64,000 nucleotides of DNA from Cenarchaeum sp. (GTDB lineage Archaea > Thermoproteota > Nitrososphaeria > Nitrososphaerales > Nitrosopumilaceae). Shown piece by piece: positions 41,481 through 52,645 of the stretch. A program made the translations under genes and the position numbers. A model generated the notes under the pieces. That model was not told the DNA's origin. It saw only the letters and a program-made list of their open reading frames with translations, and searched no databases. The stretch spans positions 1,696,001 to 1,760,000 of the forward strand of contig OY843768.1 in the NCBI GenBank assembly GCA_963693095.2, written 5' to 3'. Every line of letters starts with the position of its first letter. The first letter of the stretch is position 1.

Positions 41481-41999
41481 CTATATGGTGAGCGTCCCGC
41501 TCACGCTGGCCTTGTGGCTCTCGGCCTCCGTATACTCGTGCTTTTGCCAAGAGACCCAAATGTCAGCAGTCACCTTGTGCGTGCCGGCCCCAAGCGTGGC
41601 CGGATCAAAGGCGATGCGCTCCTCAAAGTCGAGGAGCTCTGACCTGACGCCCTCGACGCTGAGCGCGATAAAGGGCTCAAAGTTCTTTGCGACCTGGACC
41701 CATATGCGGCGGTCCTTCATGGGGTTTACGAGCTTTGGGTTGCGCGTCCAGAATATGGCCGCCTTGCGGTACGAGTCGACCTCGCGGCCGATCGTGCGCT
41801 TTCGCGCGCCGCCCGTGTGGAGCCTCACGCCATAGCGTATCTTGAAGACATTGTCATGGGCCTCGTACGCGCGCTCCCAGCCCTCCTCGCCAAAAGCCTC
41901 GCGCAGCGCGCCGGCGACTGCAAAGGAGACAGTCGCGGCGGCCTCGCCGTCTGCTGCCCCCTCGATCCTCGCGCCGTCTATGCGGCTAGGTCCCCCCAT
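41481..41999 (-). CDS. conserved hypothetical protein
   Basis: Open frame with genome-typical codon usage. Confidence 0.7.
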   Translation of the reverse strand: MGGPSRIDGARIEGAADGEAAATVSFAVAGALREAFGEEGWERAYEAHDNVFKIRYGVRLHTGGARKRTIGREVDSYRKAAIFWTRNPKLVNPMKDRRIWVQVAKNFEPFIALSVEGVRSELLDFEERIAFDPATLGAGTHKVTADIWVSWQKHEYTEAESHKASVSGTLTI

Positions 42000-42044
42000 G
42001 CGTCTCCATGGTATTTATAGCCGCAATATGTGCCTTTTGCGGTA

Positions 42045-42320
42045 ATGGGGGTTCAGGTGCTCAGCTCGACTTCGCGCGAGATCAACGTCTCGCTCACGAG
42101 CTCCGACATTGGCACGCTATACGTCATACAGCGCGAGCTCCTAAAGAGCCCGTCAGTCGACTTTGCCGGCGTCATCGTAAAGCACCCGCTCACCAACGAG
42201 TGCTGGATGCGCGTGAGCTCCTCAAAGGGCAGTCCCGTCTCCGAGATGGAGCGCGCGACTGCCGCAGCCCTAAAGACCGCCGCCGAGATCAGGGCGGCCC
42301 TTGCGCCAAAGGCGGGATAG
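42045..42320 (+). CDS. rpoL: RNA polymerase subunit L (Rpo11)
   Basis: GTL...ELL...VDFAG...HPL; adjacent to tfs. Confidence 0.85.
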   Translation: MGVQVLSSTSREINVSLTSSDIGTLYVIQRELLKSPSVDFAGVIVKHPLTNECWMRVSSSKGSPVSEMERATAAALKTAAEIRAALAPKAG

Positions 42321-42325
42321 GCGCA

Positions 42326-42640
42326 ATGAAGTTCTGCCCAAAGTGCGATGTTCGGCTCAAAAAGGGTGCAGGCGGACTAGAGTGCCCAAAGTGCGGCCAC
42401 GTGGATCATGATGCGCCCCCCGAGCCCGAGCCTGGCCCGTCGCTCTCCTCGCAGTCAACATTCAAGGTTCTCGACGAGCCTGACGCGCCGGACACCGAGT
42501 CGACGATCGAAAAAGAGTGCGACAAGTGCGGCAACGGCGAGGCAGTCTGGTGGATGCTCCAGACGCGCAGCGCAGACGAGCCGACGACGCAGTTTTACCG
42601 CTGCACAAAGTGCGGCTATACGTGGCGCGACTATTCATAG
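42326..42640 (+). CDS. tfs: transcription factor S
   Basis: MKFCPKC...; QTRSADEPTTQFYRCTKCGYTWR. Confidence 0.93.
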   Translation: MKFCPKCDVRLKKGAGGLECPKCGHVDHDAPPEPEPGPSLSSQSTFKVLDEPDAPDTESTIEKECDKCGNGEAVWWMLQTRSADEPTTQFYRCTKCGYTWRDYS

Positions 42641-42643
42641 GGA

Positions 42644-43340
42644 CTAGGGCGTTATCGTTACGGTGACTGATCTTGTCGCGGGATCGGATCCCGCGGCTGC
42701 CATCACAGCGAACGTGTGATCACCTGTTGTTGCCGACGCGTGTGTCGCGTCGACAGTTATTGTTGCCCTGTTAATACCCGTGTTCTGCACGGTTACAAAG
42801 TCCGGTTGGCCGGAGAGGAGTATTATCGCAAAAAGCCTCCGCAACGGCCACGTCAGAAAGGGCTGCGTGTCTGAGCATAAGGCCCAACTCGCCTGACATC
42901 ACCATCGAGGGGGCAGACCCGGAATCTCCCGTCATGGCAACGCCCGTGGCCGTTACCTCATCAACGGCCGGTCAGTCGCCCTCATGACTTCAGGGGCGCA
43001 CTCGGAGAGCATCACGCGCGTTGTCGCCGAACTGCCAGCTTGCGCTCTGTTCGTCGGTGGCATCGTGCTTATTCTGGAGATTAACGACTCTGCGCCATCG
43101 GTGAACGGCCCTGGGCTAGTTAGCGCGTCTAGCGCAGTTATCGCATGGCACGATGGCCCTGGCCTGCGTCGATCTCCTCAAGCCATGACTCGGCGTAGCC
43201 CCGCTGGCCATCTCCACGTCGAGCTCTGCGGCCAGGCGTGGGGCGCGGCTTCGCGTCCGGCCCCGCCCATGGACAGGGCTGCCTCGATCGTGTCACTGAC
43301 ACCCTCCCAGGACGCGCCGGGGCCGGACTTGGAGAGCATC
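42644..43340 (-). pseudogene. decayed copy of the 3' part of the giant surface protein gene family
   Basis: AIILLSGQPDFVTVQNTGIN... nearly matches the C-terminus of 32804..39511; other patches match (ATAACTGCGCTAGACGCG is shared) but are broken by frameshifts, stops and deletions. Confidence 0.8.
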
Positions 43341-43460
43341 GCTGCCATACCTGTCAGCTTGCACGTTTGCAACAATTGGGCCGCATAGCTGCGTTCCCGG
43401 AAATGCCCCAAAAGGCGCGGTAACCTTTAAAACGCCACGTCAGGCGCGTGAGGCCTGAAA

Positions 43461-44204
43461 TTGGCGCTAAAGGCTACTACTGTGGGCGCAGAGGACATAA
43501 AGGCGATAATCTCGGCCGTCTCGACGCTCGTCGAGGAAGCCACGTTCGTGGCAAACTCTGAAGGCATCACGTTTCGCGGGATGGATCCCTCGCACGTCGC
43601 GCTAATCGACATCACGTGGCCAAACTCGGCGTTTGAAAAGTACAGCTGTGACAGCGAGGTGAGGTTTGGCGTAAAGATCGACGAGCTTTCAAAGCTCGTA
43701 AAGCGAGCCGCAAAAAAGGACACGATCGAGATAACGACGGTTGACTCGATGCTCGGCGTAAAGATCGGGACGGCCAAAAAGTACAAGATACGCCTCATCG
43801 AGACATCCGAGAACGAGACGCCGCTGCCCAACATATCGTATGACGCAAAGCTAGCCATGGAGGTCTCCACCTTTGAAAAGACGCTCGGCGACATTGACGT
43901 GCTAGCAGACTATGTCACAATAACGACGGACGGCAAAAAATCCGAGTTTGCCGGCAAGGGCGAGGCCGGCGAGGTGACCGTGGAGGTTGCCGACGGCGAC
44001 GAGGGCGTCCACGAGCTGGGAACAAAGGAAAAGTCATCGGCCACGTACAGCCTCGAGTACCTCCTTCCCATAGTAAAGGCAGTCGGCTCGGCCGCACAGG
44101 ACGTAAAGTGCGAATACTCGACGGCAAAGCCGCTACGCATGGAGTTTCGAGTCTCCAATATAGGCCGCATCCACTTTTACCTTGCCCCGCGCGTTGACAG
44201 TTAA
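43461..44204 (+). CDS. pcn: PCNA sliding clamp
   Basis: MDPSHVALID, YSLEYL and HFYLAPR motifs. Confidence 0.96.
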   Translation: MALKATTVGAEDIKAIISAVSTLVEEATFVANSEGITFRGMDPSHVALIDITWPNSAFEKYSCDSEVRFGVKIDELSKLVKRAAKKDTIEITTVDSMLGVKIGTAKKYKIRLIETSENETPLPNISYDAKLAMEVSTFEKTLGDIDVLADYVTITTDGKKSEFAGKGEAGEVTVEVADGDEGVHELGTKEKSSATYSLEYLLPIVKAVGSAAQDVKCEYSTAKPLRMEFRVSNIGRIHFYLAPRVDS

Positions 44205-44240
44205 CGCATTTAAGGACGCGCGATCCCGAGGCGACCCAAC

Positions 44241-45710
44241 ATGAGGCTAGTCATAAAGCACGACGGCGCATCGATCTCCGACGGGCCGCGCATCACGAGG
44301 GCAGCAGCCGCCGTTGCCGCAGCCGCCCGCGCCTCGCGAGCAGCGCCGCAGGGCACGATTGCAGTCTGCTCGGCAGTCGGCACTACGACTGACTCGCTAG
44401 TCGAGCTGGTGAGGCGCGCCGCGCGCGGCGATGCGGCCGGAGCCAACTCTATCGTCGGCGAGATAGCCGAGACGCACAAAAAGATCGCGCGCAGGACGCT
44501 GCCCGACGAGTCGGCTAGGGCACGCCTCATGACTGAGCTCGACTCGGACATTGGCGAGCTCGCCGGCCTGGCCGACGGCGTCACGCGCCTCGGCGACGTG
44601 ACACGGCGATCAACGGACTATCTCCTCTCCTTTGGCGAGCGACTCGCAGTCAAGGTCTTTGCGCACGCGCTCGCCTCGACTGGAACCAGGGCAGTAGCGA
44701 TGACCGGAGGCGAGGCCGGAATACTGACTGACTCGAACTTTGGCGAGGCGCGCCCACTCATGGACACGACGCGCCTACGCGTCGCAAGGGCGCTGGGATC
44801 GCACCTCGGCGAGGGCACGGTTCCGGTCATAGGCGGGTTTGCCGGAGTCGACCAGCACGGCCACACGACGACGCTCGGGAGGGGAGGATCAGACTATACG
44901 GCGACGATCATCGCCACATGCGCGGATGCCGATGAGGTCTGGATGATCAACGAGTCCGGGGGACTGATGAGCGCGGACCCCGAGATCGTGCGCGATGCCG
45001 CACCAGTCGCCTCTGTCTCATACGTCGAGGCCATGGAGATGTCAACGTTTGGGGCCAGGCAGATGCACCCAAAGACATTCGAGCCGCTCATCGGGACGCG
45101 CATACGCATGGTCATAGCGCGGGCAGCATCGGCCGGACAGCCGGCGCGGGCCGGCAGGCGAGGCATCGCGCGGCACGTGGACATGCCCTCGGCAACAGGG
45201 GTGAGTGCGAGCTCGGCGCGAACGATAAAGTGCGCAAGCTCGCTGCGCCACAACGCGCTAATCGACATACGCGGGGGCAGCATGGTCGGCGAGCCGGGAA
45301 CAGCGGCGCGCATATTCGGCGCGCTCGCCGACGAGGGCGTCAACATAATGATGATCTCGCAAAACCCGTCCGAGTCAAGCATCACAGTCGTCGTAAAGAG
45401 GGCCGACCTGGACCGTGCGGTCCACACGCTTGAGATAAACCTCCTTGGAGCCACGATAAAGAGCCTCGACGTGGTTCCAAACGTCGCCATAGTCGCCCTC
45501 GTGGGCTCGGGCATGAAGGGCACGATCGGCGTGGCCGCCAGGGCGCTAGGCGCAGTCTCAAAAAGGCGCGTCAACATACTGATGATCACGCAGGGCTCCT
45601 CGGAGCTAAACCTCGCGTTTGCCGTAAAGGAGGCCGACTCGCGCGCCGCGGTCCGCGCCCTCCATGCCGAGTTTGGCCTCGGGCGCCGTACAGGGGGTGC
45701 TCGAAGATGA
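44241..45710 (+). CDS. lysC: aspartate kinase
   Basis: SFGERL, TTLGRGGSDYTA, two ACT domains. Confidence 0.9.
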   Translation: MRLVIKHDGASISDGPRITRAAAAVAAAARASRAAPQGTIAVCSAVGTTTDSLVELVRRAARGDAAGANSIVGEIAETHKKIARRTLPDESARARLMTELDSDIGELAGLADGVTRLGDVTRRSTDYLLSFGERLAVKVFAHALASTGTRAVAMTGGEAGILTDSNFGEARPLMDTTRLRVARALGSHLGEGTVPVIGGFAGVDQHGHTTTLGRGGSDYTATIIATCADADEVWMINESGGLMSADPEIVRDAAPVASVSYVEAMEMSTFGARQMHPKTFEPLIGTRIRMVIARAASAGQPARAGRRGIARHVDMPSATGVSASSARTIKCASSLRHNALIDIRGGSMVGEPGTAARIFGALADEGVNIMMISQNPSESSITVVVKRADLDRAVHTLEINLLGATIKSLDVVPNVAIVALVGSGMKGTIGVAARALGAVSKRRVNILMITQGSSELNLAFAVKEADSRAAVRALHAEFGLGRRTGGARR

Positions 45711-47461
45711 CGCGAGTCCTGCCCATCATGCTCCTCGCGGCCCTCGCCCTAGCCGGCGCAATGGCTGCCGAGGCCGACGCGCTAGCGGCGCGCAAGCTCC
45801 ACTTTACGTCGACCTATACGTCATACGCCCTTGACGTTCGCGCACAGGGCGATGAGATGGTCGCCATGGTCCTGCCGCCTAGCGCCGGCACCGTGTACGT
45901 GGGCTCGATCACGTACACGGCAAGCTCGCCGCTGCGCATCGTCGTCCTCCACGCCCTAGACGGACCGGCAGCCGGACAGCCGGCATGGGAGATACCGGGC
46001 CAGGACACGTATGCGGCGTCATACCTGGGAGCCAACGCAACATCGGGATCCTTTACGTTCGTCGGCACGTCCGTCATCCTCCACTCCGCAGAGCCAGACG
46101 CGTTCGTCGCGACTGCGAGCGTGGATGCCTTTGCGCGCGGCGCGCCCGCCGAGATCAGGGTTGAGAGGATCGAGGTCATCGAGGCCGAGCAGCCCATCGA
46201 GCTTGTGCGCGCCGAGGTTCCAGTCACGCTGCCGCTCCACGGGGGCATCCTCGATGACGAGCGCGTCCTGTACACGATAACTGACTCTAGTGACGAGGAT
46301 CTCGCCGACGAGCTGACCGAAAAGCAAGAGTGGCCAGTCTCCTTTGCGCCGCCGCTAGCGGCCCTTCTCGAGCCCACAGAGGGCGCCGGAACCCACGAGC
46401 CAAACAGGATTCACGTGTTTCGCAACGGCGTAAAGGGCGAGGGGCTCGAGGGCTACCAGGTGGAGGTCTTTGGCGTCGCCCCTGGTGATGCCGCATACAC
46501 GCCGGCAAGCTCGCTCGTGTACGTCGAGTGGAAGCGCAACCTAAACCCCGAGATTCTCGTCTCTATTGAGGAGATCGAGCAGGCCGTCACGGACTCGCGC
46601 ATCTCCCTAGAGGAGGCCGGCATTGTGCTAAACGTCCCGCAGGTCTCCTGGCCCGGCGGCGCACTCCCCCTTGAGGCGCCCGGCGAGCCAGATGGCGCCG
46701 ACGCCGAGACGGCGCAGGACGACGGCGGCGACGCCGAGACGGGGCAGGATGAAGGCGGCGACGCGCAGGACGGCGACGCGGCGTCTTCTGGCGCCGGAGA
46801 GTCTGGCGAGGAGGCAAGCGAGGATGACGCAGGCGAAGCAGGCGCCAAGGAGGACGTCGAGATGGCCGAGGAGGACGCCGGCGACGCGGACATGAGTGAT
46901 GATGCCAACGGCGCCGGAGAGGCAGTGGCCGACGAGGACTCGGGCGCCAACGGAGAGCCAGACGCCAAGGCCCTGGACATCGACGTGCCAGAGGCATACC
47001 AGGCAAGCGAGGTCAACGTCGAGGAGATGACGGCCACGTTCATCGCGCGGCGCGCGTGGGGGCCTGACGGCCAGACGGTATACCACATCATGGCAGGCGC
47101 CACGCCGTCCGGACCGGCCCGCGTGACTGGCACGGCGGACTCGCACGGAATGCAAAACTATACGGCAACGCCGGCTGTCGCGGACCTTTATTATTTCAGG
47201 GGCGGCCTCAAGGGTGACGGCGCGCTAGGCTCGCAGCCAAGCGTCGCTGGCGTGGCGCCGGGAACCGACGAGTACACGCCGCTCTGGCGCGTGCACGTCG
47301 TAGAGTGGACAGACGAGAATGACGCCGCAATAGTGGAGACGCGCGATGACATTGACCACCTTGTCGCAGACGAGGCCATAACCGTGAGCGCAGCACGGCC
47401 GCTCGGGCATGACCTCGTTGTCAACGCGCCAGTGATAGACCCGTTCTGGTCAAAAGAGTAG
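45707..47461 (+). CDS. secreted protein with duplicated domain and acidic linker
   Basis: Signal peptide; two copies of F.NG.KG.G..G.Q..V....PG...YTP; D/E/A/G-rich insert. Confidence 0.75.
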   Translation: MTRVLPIMLLAALALAGAMAAEADALAARKLHFTSTYTSYALDVRAQGDEMVAMVLPPSAGTVYVGSITYTASSPLRIVVLHALDGPAAGQPAWEIPGQDTYAASYLGANATSGSFTFVGTSVILHSAEPDAFVATASVDAFARGAPAEIRVERIEVIEAEQPIELVRAEVPVTLPLHGGILDDERVLYTITDSSDEDLADELTEKQEWPVSFAPPLAALLEPTEGAGTHEPNRIHVFRNGVKGEGLEGYQVEVFGVAPGDAAYTPASSLVYVEWKRNLNPEILVSIEEIEQAVTDSRISLEEAGIVLNVPQVSWPGGALPLEAPGEPDGADAETAQDDGGDAETGQDEGGDAQDGDAASSGAGESGEEASEDDAGEAGAKEDVEMAEEDAGDADMSDDANGAGEAVADEDSGANGEPDAKALDIDVPEAYQASEVNVEEMTATFIARRAWGPDGQTVYHIMAGATPSGPARVTGTADSHGMQNYTATPAVADLYYFRGGLKGDGALGSQPSVAGVAPGTDEYTPLWRVHVVEWTDENDAAIVETRDDIDHLVADEAITVSAARPLGHDLVVNAPVIDPFWSKE

Positions 47462-47487
47462 GCGCGTCTTGTATTCTGGATGATTGT

Positions 47488-47524
47488 AAAAAAAAGCAGG
47501 GGTGTGCGGCAAGCCACACACCCC
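47488..47524 (-). terminator. hairpin plus U-tract terminator
   Basis: Minus strand reads GGGGTGTGTGGC-TT-GCCGCACACCCC-TGC-T8 just after the stop of 47535..48347. Confidence 0.75.
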
Positions 47525-47534
47525 CAGTTTGGAT

Positions 47535-48347
47535 TTAAGGAACGTGTGCAGAGTATGCTCTGTAATAGATCTCCCCTGCTTGCATCTCGAGGGGCTGCAT
47601 TTGCTCCTCAAAGTCTTCCCATTGTTCGTCAGTCAGTTCTGGCATGCCTAGTCCGGCCGCGTCCATGATCGCCTCGTTCTGCCTGTCAAGCTCGTCTAGC
47701 TTGTCATAGAGCGCGTCGATCTGTGCGTATATGGCGTCGTAGCGGTGCTCTAGCGGCGCAAGCCTCGCGCCAAGCGTGAACTCTTGGACTACGGTGGGTG
47801 CCTGATCGTCAATTCCAAACGATCTGGCTATGTCCTCGGCTTCTGCGGCTATCCTCTCAAGCTCGGCTGCATCCTCTGCGCTCATGCCCGCATTAGAGTC
47901 GCCATAAACCTGGCTCATCCTCTCCTGCTCGGTATCCATGTGCTCGGCGATTGCGCTAATCTGCGCTTCGCTGAGCTGTGGGGGTGCTGCGTCGAACTCG
48001 GCAAGAAGTGCGTCATACCTGGCGTTGAGCACGTCGACATCCTCGGCGTCTGCGTCGCCGTTGGATGCGGCGACGTAACCCGCAAAGATTGGCTCTGCGC
48101 GCTCGAGTAGCCTGCTGGCCTCTTCCTCAGTCAGGCTCGGGACGCTGACCCCGATGCCTTCGAGGACTGCCTCGCGCTCTGACTCGATTGCCTCGATCTC
48201 GGCGAACAACCTGGCCTCCTCGGCCCCGTCGCCCATGTGGTTCCAGCCGCCCATTGCCCATGCGGGCAGGCCGGTGGCGCCTACGGCGACGAGTCCGGCG
48301 ATTGCCAGGACTGCCACAACTGCTGCATTTCTGCGTGTGTGATTCAT
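47535..48347 (-). CDS. secreted acidic helical repeat protein
   Basis: Signal peptide; recurring P.L[TS]E.Q helical units. Confidence 0.7.
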   Translation of the reverse strand: MNHTRRNAAVVAVLAIAGLVAVGATGLPAWAMGGWNHMGDGAEEARLFAEIEAIESEREAVLEGIGVSVPSLTEEEASRLLERAEPIFAGYVAASNGDADAEDVDVLNARYDALLAEFDAAPPQLSEAQISAIAEHMDTEQERMSQVYGDSNAGMSAEDAAELERIAAEAEDIARSFGIDDQAPTVVQEFTLGARLAPLEHRYDAIYAQIDALYDKLDELDRQNEAIMDAAGLGMPELTDEQWEDFEEQMQPLEMQAGEIYYRAYSAHVP

Positions 48348-48613
48348 TGTGTATAGTATAGGAGTACTAGTATATCAATGTGCCCTGCCGCTTGCGGCAT
48401 GGCTGTGCTGGGCCGTTTGGGGGTTCTGGGCGCCCTGGCGAGGCTGGGCGGCCCACCCAAGTCACAAATTTGGCACGGCCTCTGGCCTTTCGCCAACACC
48501 GCCGCTCTTCCCGCCCCGTCAAGTCTTTGGCCGACGTCCGCAGCATTGCTCACCTCTCTCAGTGCTTTAAACGAGGCATCAAGTTCCATGTGGTGCGCTG
48601 CCGGCCTCCACAA

Positions 48614-49249
48614 CTATTTTGCTTCGAAAAATCCTTCACTATTCAATGCATTATGGACATCTTCTATTTCTAGTCTCGAAAACTTACATTTTATGCGTCC
48701 CGCGCTGTCAATCAGCTCTTTCATCGACAAGTCGTGTTTTTTGTGCAAATACACAAGCGTGCTTGCCACTTCCAACCGTTCAACATCGTTGTATCGTCTT
48801 GCAAAATCCAAAAATTTTACTTTTTCTGCCCAGTTTTTGAGACCTTCATCTGACGCGTCTTTTATGTTCTGGATCCGATAATAGTCATTTGCGAGCCCTG
48901 GAGCGTATGGTCCATATACGTAGAGCGTATAGAAATAGTCGAATTTAAGTCCAAAACACTGGTGCGCAAAATACGTGAACTGTTGTATTTTTATTTGCGT
49001 ATCTGGCGCGGCTTTTCGTGGGCTAGCTGGACAGTCAATCAAATCGTTGGAATGGAGCAATTTCAGAAATGGCTCTATGTTGCTGTCTGCCTTTTTGTTT
49101 AGGTATCTGTTATAGAGGTCTTGATTCGACTTGTTGATAGCCGTTGATCTTGTGGCAGTGTTCTGGCTATGATTCTTCGCCCTGGCTGTGTCTTTTGACA
49201 TGGTGCGCAGTGCTACACGTATACGCTCGACTAGGTGCCCGCCAACCAT
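48614..49249 (-). CDS. YwgA/SocA(Panacea)-like protein, low GC
   Basis: KIQQFTYF...FDY.Y..Y.YGPYAPGL...LEVASTL pattern; start uncertain. Confidence 0.55.
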   Translation of the reverse strand: MVGGHLVERIRVALRTMSKDTARAKNHSQNTATRSTAINKSNQDLYNRYLNKKADSNIEPFLKLLHSNDLIDCPASPRKAAPDTQIKIQQFTYFAHQCFGLKFDYFYTLYVYGPYAPGLANDYYRIQNIKDASDEGLKNWAEKVKFLDFARRYNDVERLEVASTLVYLHKKHDLSMKELIDSAGRIKCKFSRLEIEDVHNALNSEGFFEAK

Positions 49250-49685
49250 AAAATCGGTTAAAATGCGACATAATTTAAGTATTTAATTAAATCCCAAAAT
49301 ATTCGCGAGTGGCTGTACATAGTCTGGGCAGAACATGGGTTCTTAGCCAGTGACCAACAACCTTGCATATCGCCCATAGGCTCTTTCCTACGACTTAACG
49401 CTAAAAGCACTCGAACCTAAGATGTCTAAACGATGCCAATAGGAGCTTGATGAGCGACGCGGCGTAATCTCACCGAATATCTGTTTAGCATAGGGTTCAT
49501 TACATTCGAGATCGTATGTGGTAATGTATCAGGGCGTGTATTCCCTGACTTCGTGGTGACCTGTATAGAGTTATGATTTCAAGAAGCAATGAGGATCTAT
49601 TATGATTACATCCTCGACCCATCTTCTTCAACACGCAAAAGAATGGCTAGTTCTGAACAATAATTTCTTTATTGGACTTAACTTT

Positions 49686-50312
49686 TTAATTTTTATTTGG
49701 GCTTGACTCATATTTTTCTGATTCAGCTTTGAACAATGTTCCATTTAATGGCATAATCGCCTCAGTTTCCACCAGCTTAAACGATTTTAGATCATTGACA
49801 AATTCATCGAACTTTGCACTTTTCGCAATATACACTTTATCTATGCCCGTCGTCGTTTTATCCTTAATGCGTCGTTGTAATATTCTAGCTTCGGACTCAT
49901 CGTTCATGAGCATATATGACTTGGTGTTTGGAAATATACCTTTAAGTAACCGTCCCTCTAGATCTGCCTGTTTCCATCTTTCGCGTATGCTGGTTTTACA
50001 AGAAATTATTATGGGATATTTTTCTATTGCCCAACCACCTAAATCAATACGATCATTGGGCATACTCCAGAATTTACATTGATAATACAACGTTCCTACA
50101 CCGTGCTGCATTAATGTTTCACAAATAGCATATTCAAAAATTTGGCCATTCAATCTATTTGTGCGTTGTTTTTCTGTGCAATTATGAAGATACGCTTCCC
50201 AAATTGCATCAAATGTCCTGTGGGGCAGTTTGTCTTTTTCTACATTAACTAGCAGTTTTTTATAAATGGTTCCTGTTTTTGGTGACAATATATTTTTTAT
50301 CTGCGAATCCAT
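49686..50312 (-). CDS. putative type II restriction endonuclease (PD-(D/E)xK, CCGG-family-like)
   Basis: GQIFE...RIDL...ISCKTSIRERWKQ; directly downstream of the C5 MTase; low GC. Confidence 0.75.
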   Translation of the reverse strand: MDSQIKNILSPKTGTIYKKLLVNVEKDKLPHRTFDAIWEAYLHNCTEKQRTNRLNGQIFEYAICETLMQHGVGTLYYQCKFWSMPNDRIDLGGWAIEKYPIIISCKTSIRERWKQADLEGRLLKGIFPNTKSYMLMNDESEARILQRRIKDKTTTGIDKVYIAKSAKFDEFVNDLKSFKLVETEAIMPLNGTLFKAESEKYESSPNKN

Positions 50313-50313
50313 T

Positions 50314-51409
<1,096 letters not shown>

Positions 51410-51856
51410 ATTAATCGGAACCCCCGGGGTTTTGGCTTTCTGATCTGGAAAATTTCACCATATTATTTATGCGGCAAATTAGCACACCCGCTCTCGAATT
51501 TTGAACTTTTGCCGCTTTCGAACTACTCGTCTTAAAGTTTGACCTGATCGTCATCGTGCTTACTTTGATTGGGAGCGGCGTCTTGGATCGTGGGCGCATT
51601 ATCCCCACACCAATTTGGGCGATATTTTAACTTTCTACCTATTAATCAGCATAGGTAGCATATTAATGCATAGGAAAACGTACGGAGGCAATTACGCTGC
51701 CTCCGCTTTTTCAAACGTGCAGGCAAACTAAGATTAAAACGCAACCGAACCCGCCCAAACACTGCCTTTCCCTGAACGACACTTTGATCCATACCTGCGG
51801 GAACCAACAAACACATTGGGAATCAATTATATCCAATGCCCTGAGCCGCCCACGCG

Positions 51857-52645
51857 TTGGCAGGCACGCTATACATCGTCGGAGTCGGACCTGGTCACCA
51901 CGACCACATGACCTTTGGCGCAAGGCGCGCAATCGAGCAGAGCGACACGATTGTGGGGTACGAGACGTACGTCAACCTCGTCGCGGACCTCATCGACGGC
52001 AAGGACGTCTACCGCTATGCGATGACACAAGAGGTCGAGCGCGCGCGCCAGTGCATAGAGCTTGCCAGGTCGGGCAGGACAGTCTCACTAGTCTCAAGCG
52101 GCGACCCTGGAATCTACGGCATGGCCGGCCTCATATACGAGACGCTAGTAGAGCAGGGCTGGAAGTCCGGTGACGACCCACACGTCGAGATACTCCCCGG
52201 CGTCTCTGCCCTCAACTCTTGCGCGTCGATCGTCGGCTCGCCGCTAATGACTGACTTTGCCGTGATAAGCATGAGCGACCTCCTCGTCCCGTGGGAGATA
52301 ATACTAAAGCGCGCCGAGGCCGCCGCACGTGGGGACTTTGTGATCGTTATCTACAACCCGTCAAGCAAAAAGCGCATACACCAGCTGCGTGACACGCGCG
52401 AGCTCCTCCTCAAATATAGATCCGCAGACACTCCAGTCGCAATAGTAAAGGGCGCATACCGCGAAAGCGAGTCCGTTGTCCTCACTGACCTGGGATCAAT
52501 GGAGCGCCACGCAGACAAGCTCGGCATGATAAGCACGGTCATCGTGGGCAACTCCTCGACGTACCGTCACGGCGACCTGATGATCAACCCGCGCGGATAC
52601 CGCTCAAAGTACTCGCTAAACCCCGACGCGCCGGCTAGCCCATGA
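51857..52645 (+). CDS. cobJ: precorrin-3B C17-methyltransferase
   Basis: VGVGPG, VSSGDPGIYGMAG, DFAVISMSD, YNPSS and PRGY motifs. Confidence 0.93.
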   Translation: MAGTLYIVGVGPGHHDHMTFGARRAIEQSDTIVGYETYVNLVADLIDGKDVYRYAMTQEVERARQCIELARSGRTVSLVSSGDPGIYGMAGLIYETLVEQGWKSGDDPHVEILPGVSALNSCASIVGSPLMTDFAVISMSDLLVPWEIILKRAEAAARGDFVIVIYNPSSKKRIHQLRDTRELLLKYRSADTPVAIVKGAYRESESVVLTDLGSMERHADKLGMISTVIVGNSSTYRHGDLMINPRGYRSKYSLNPDAPASP

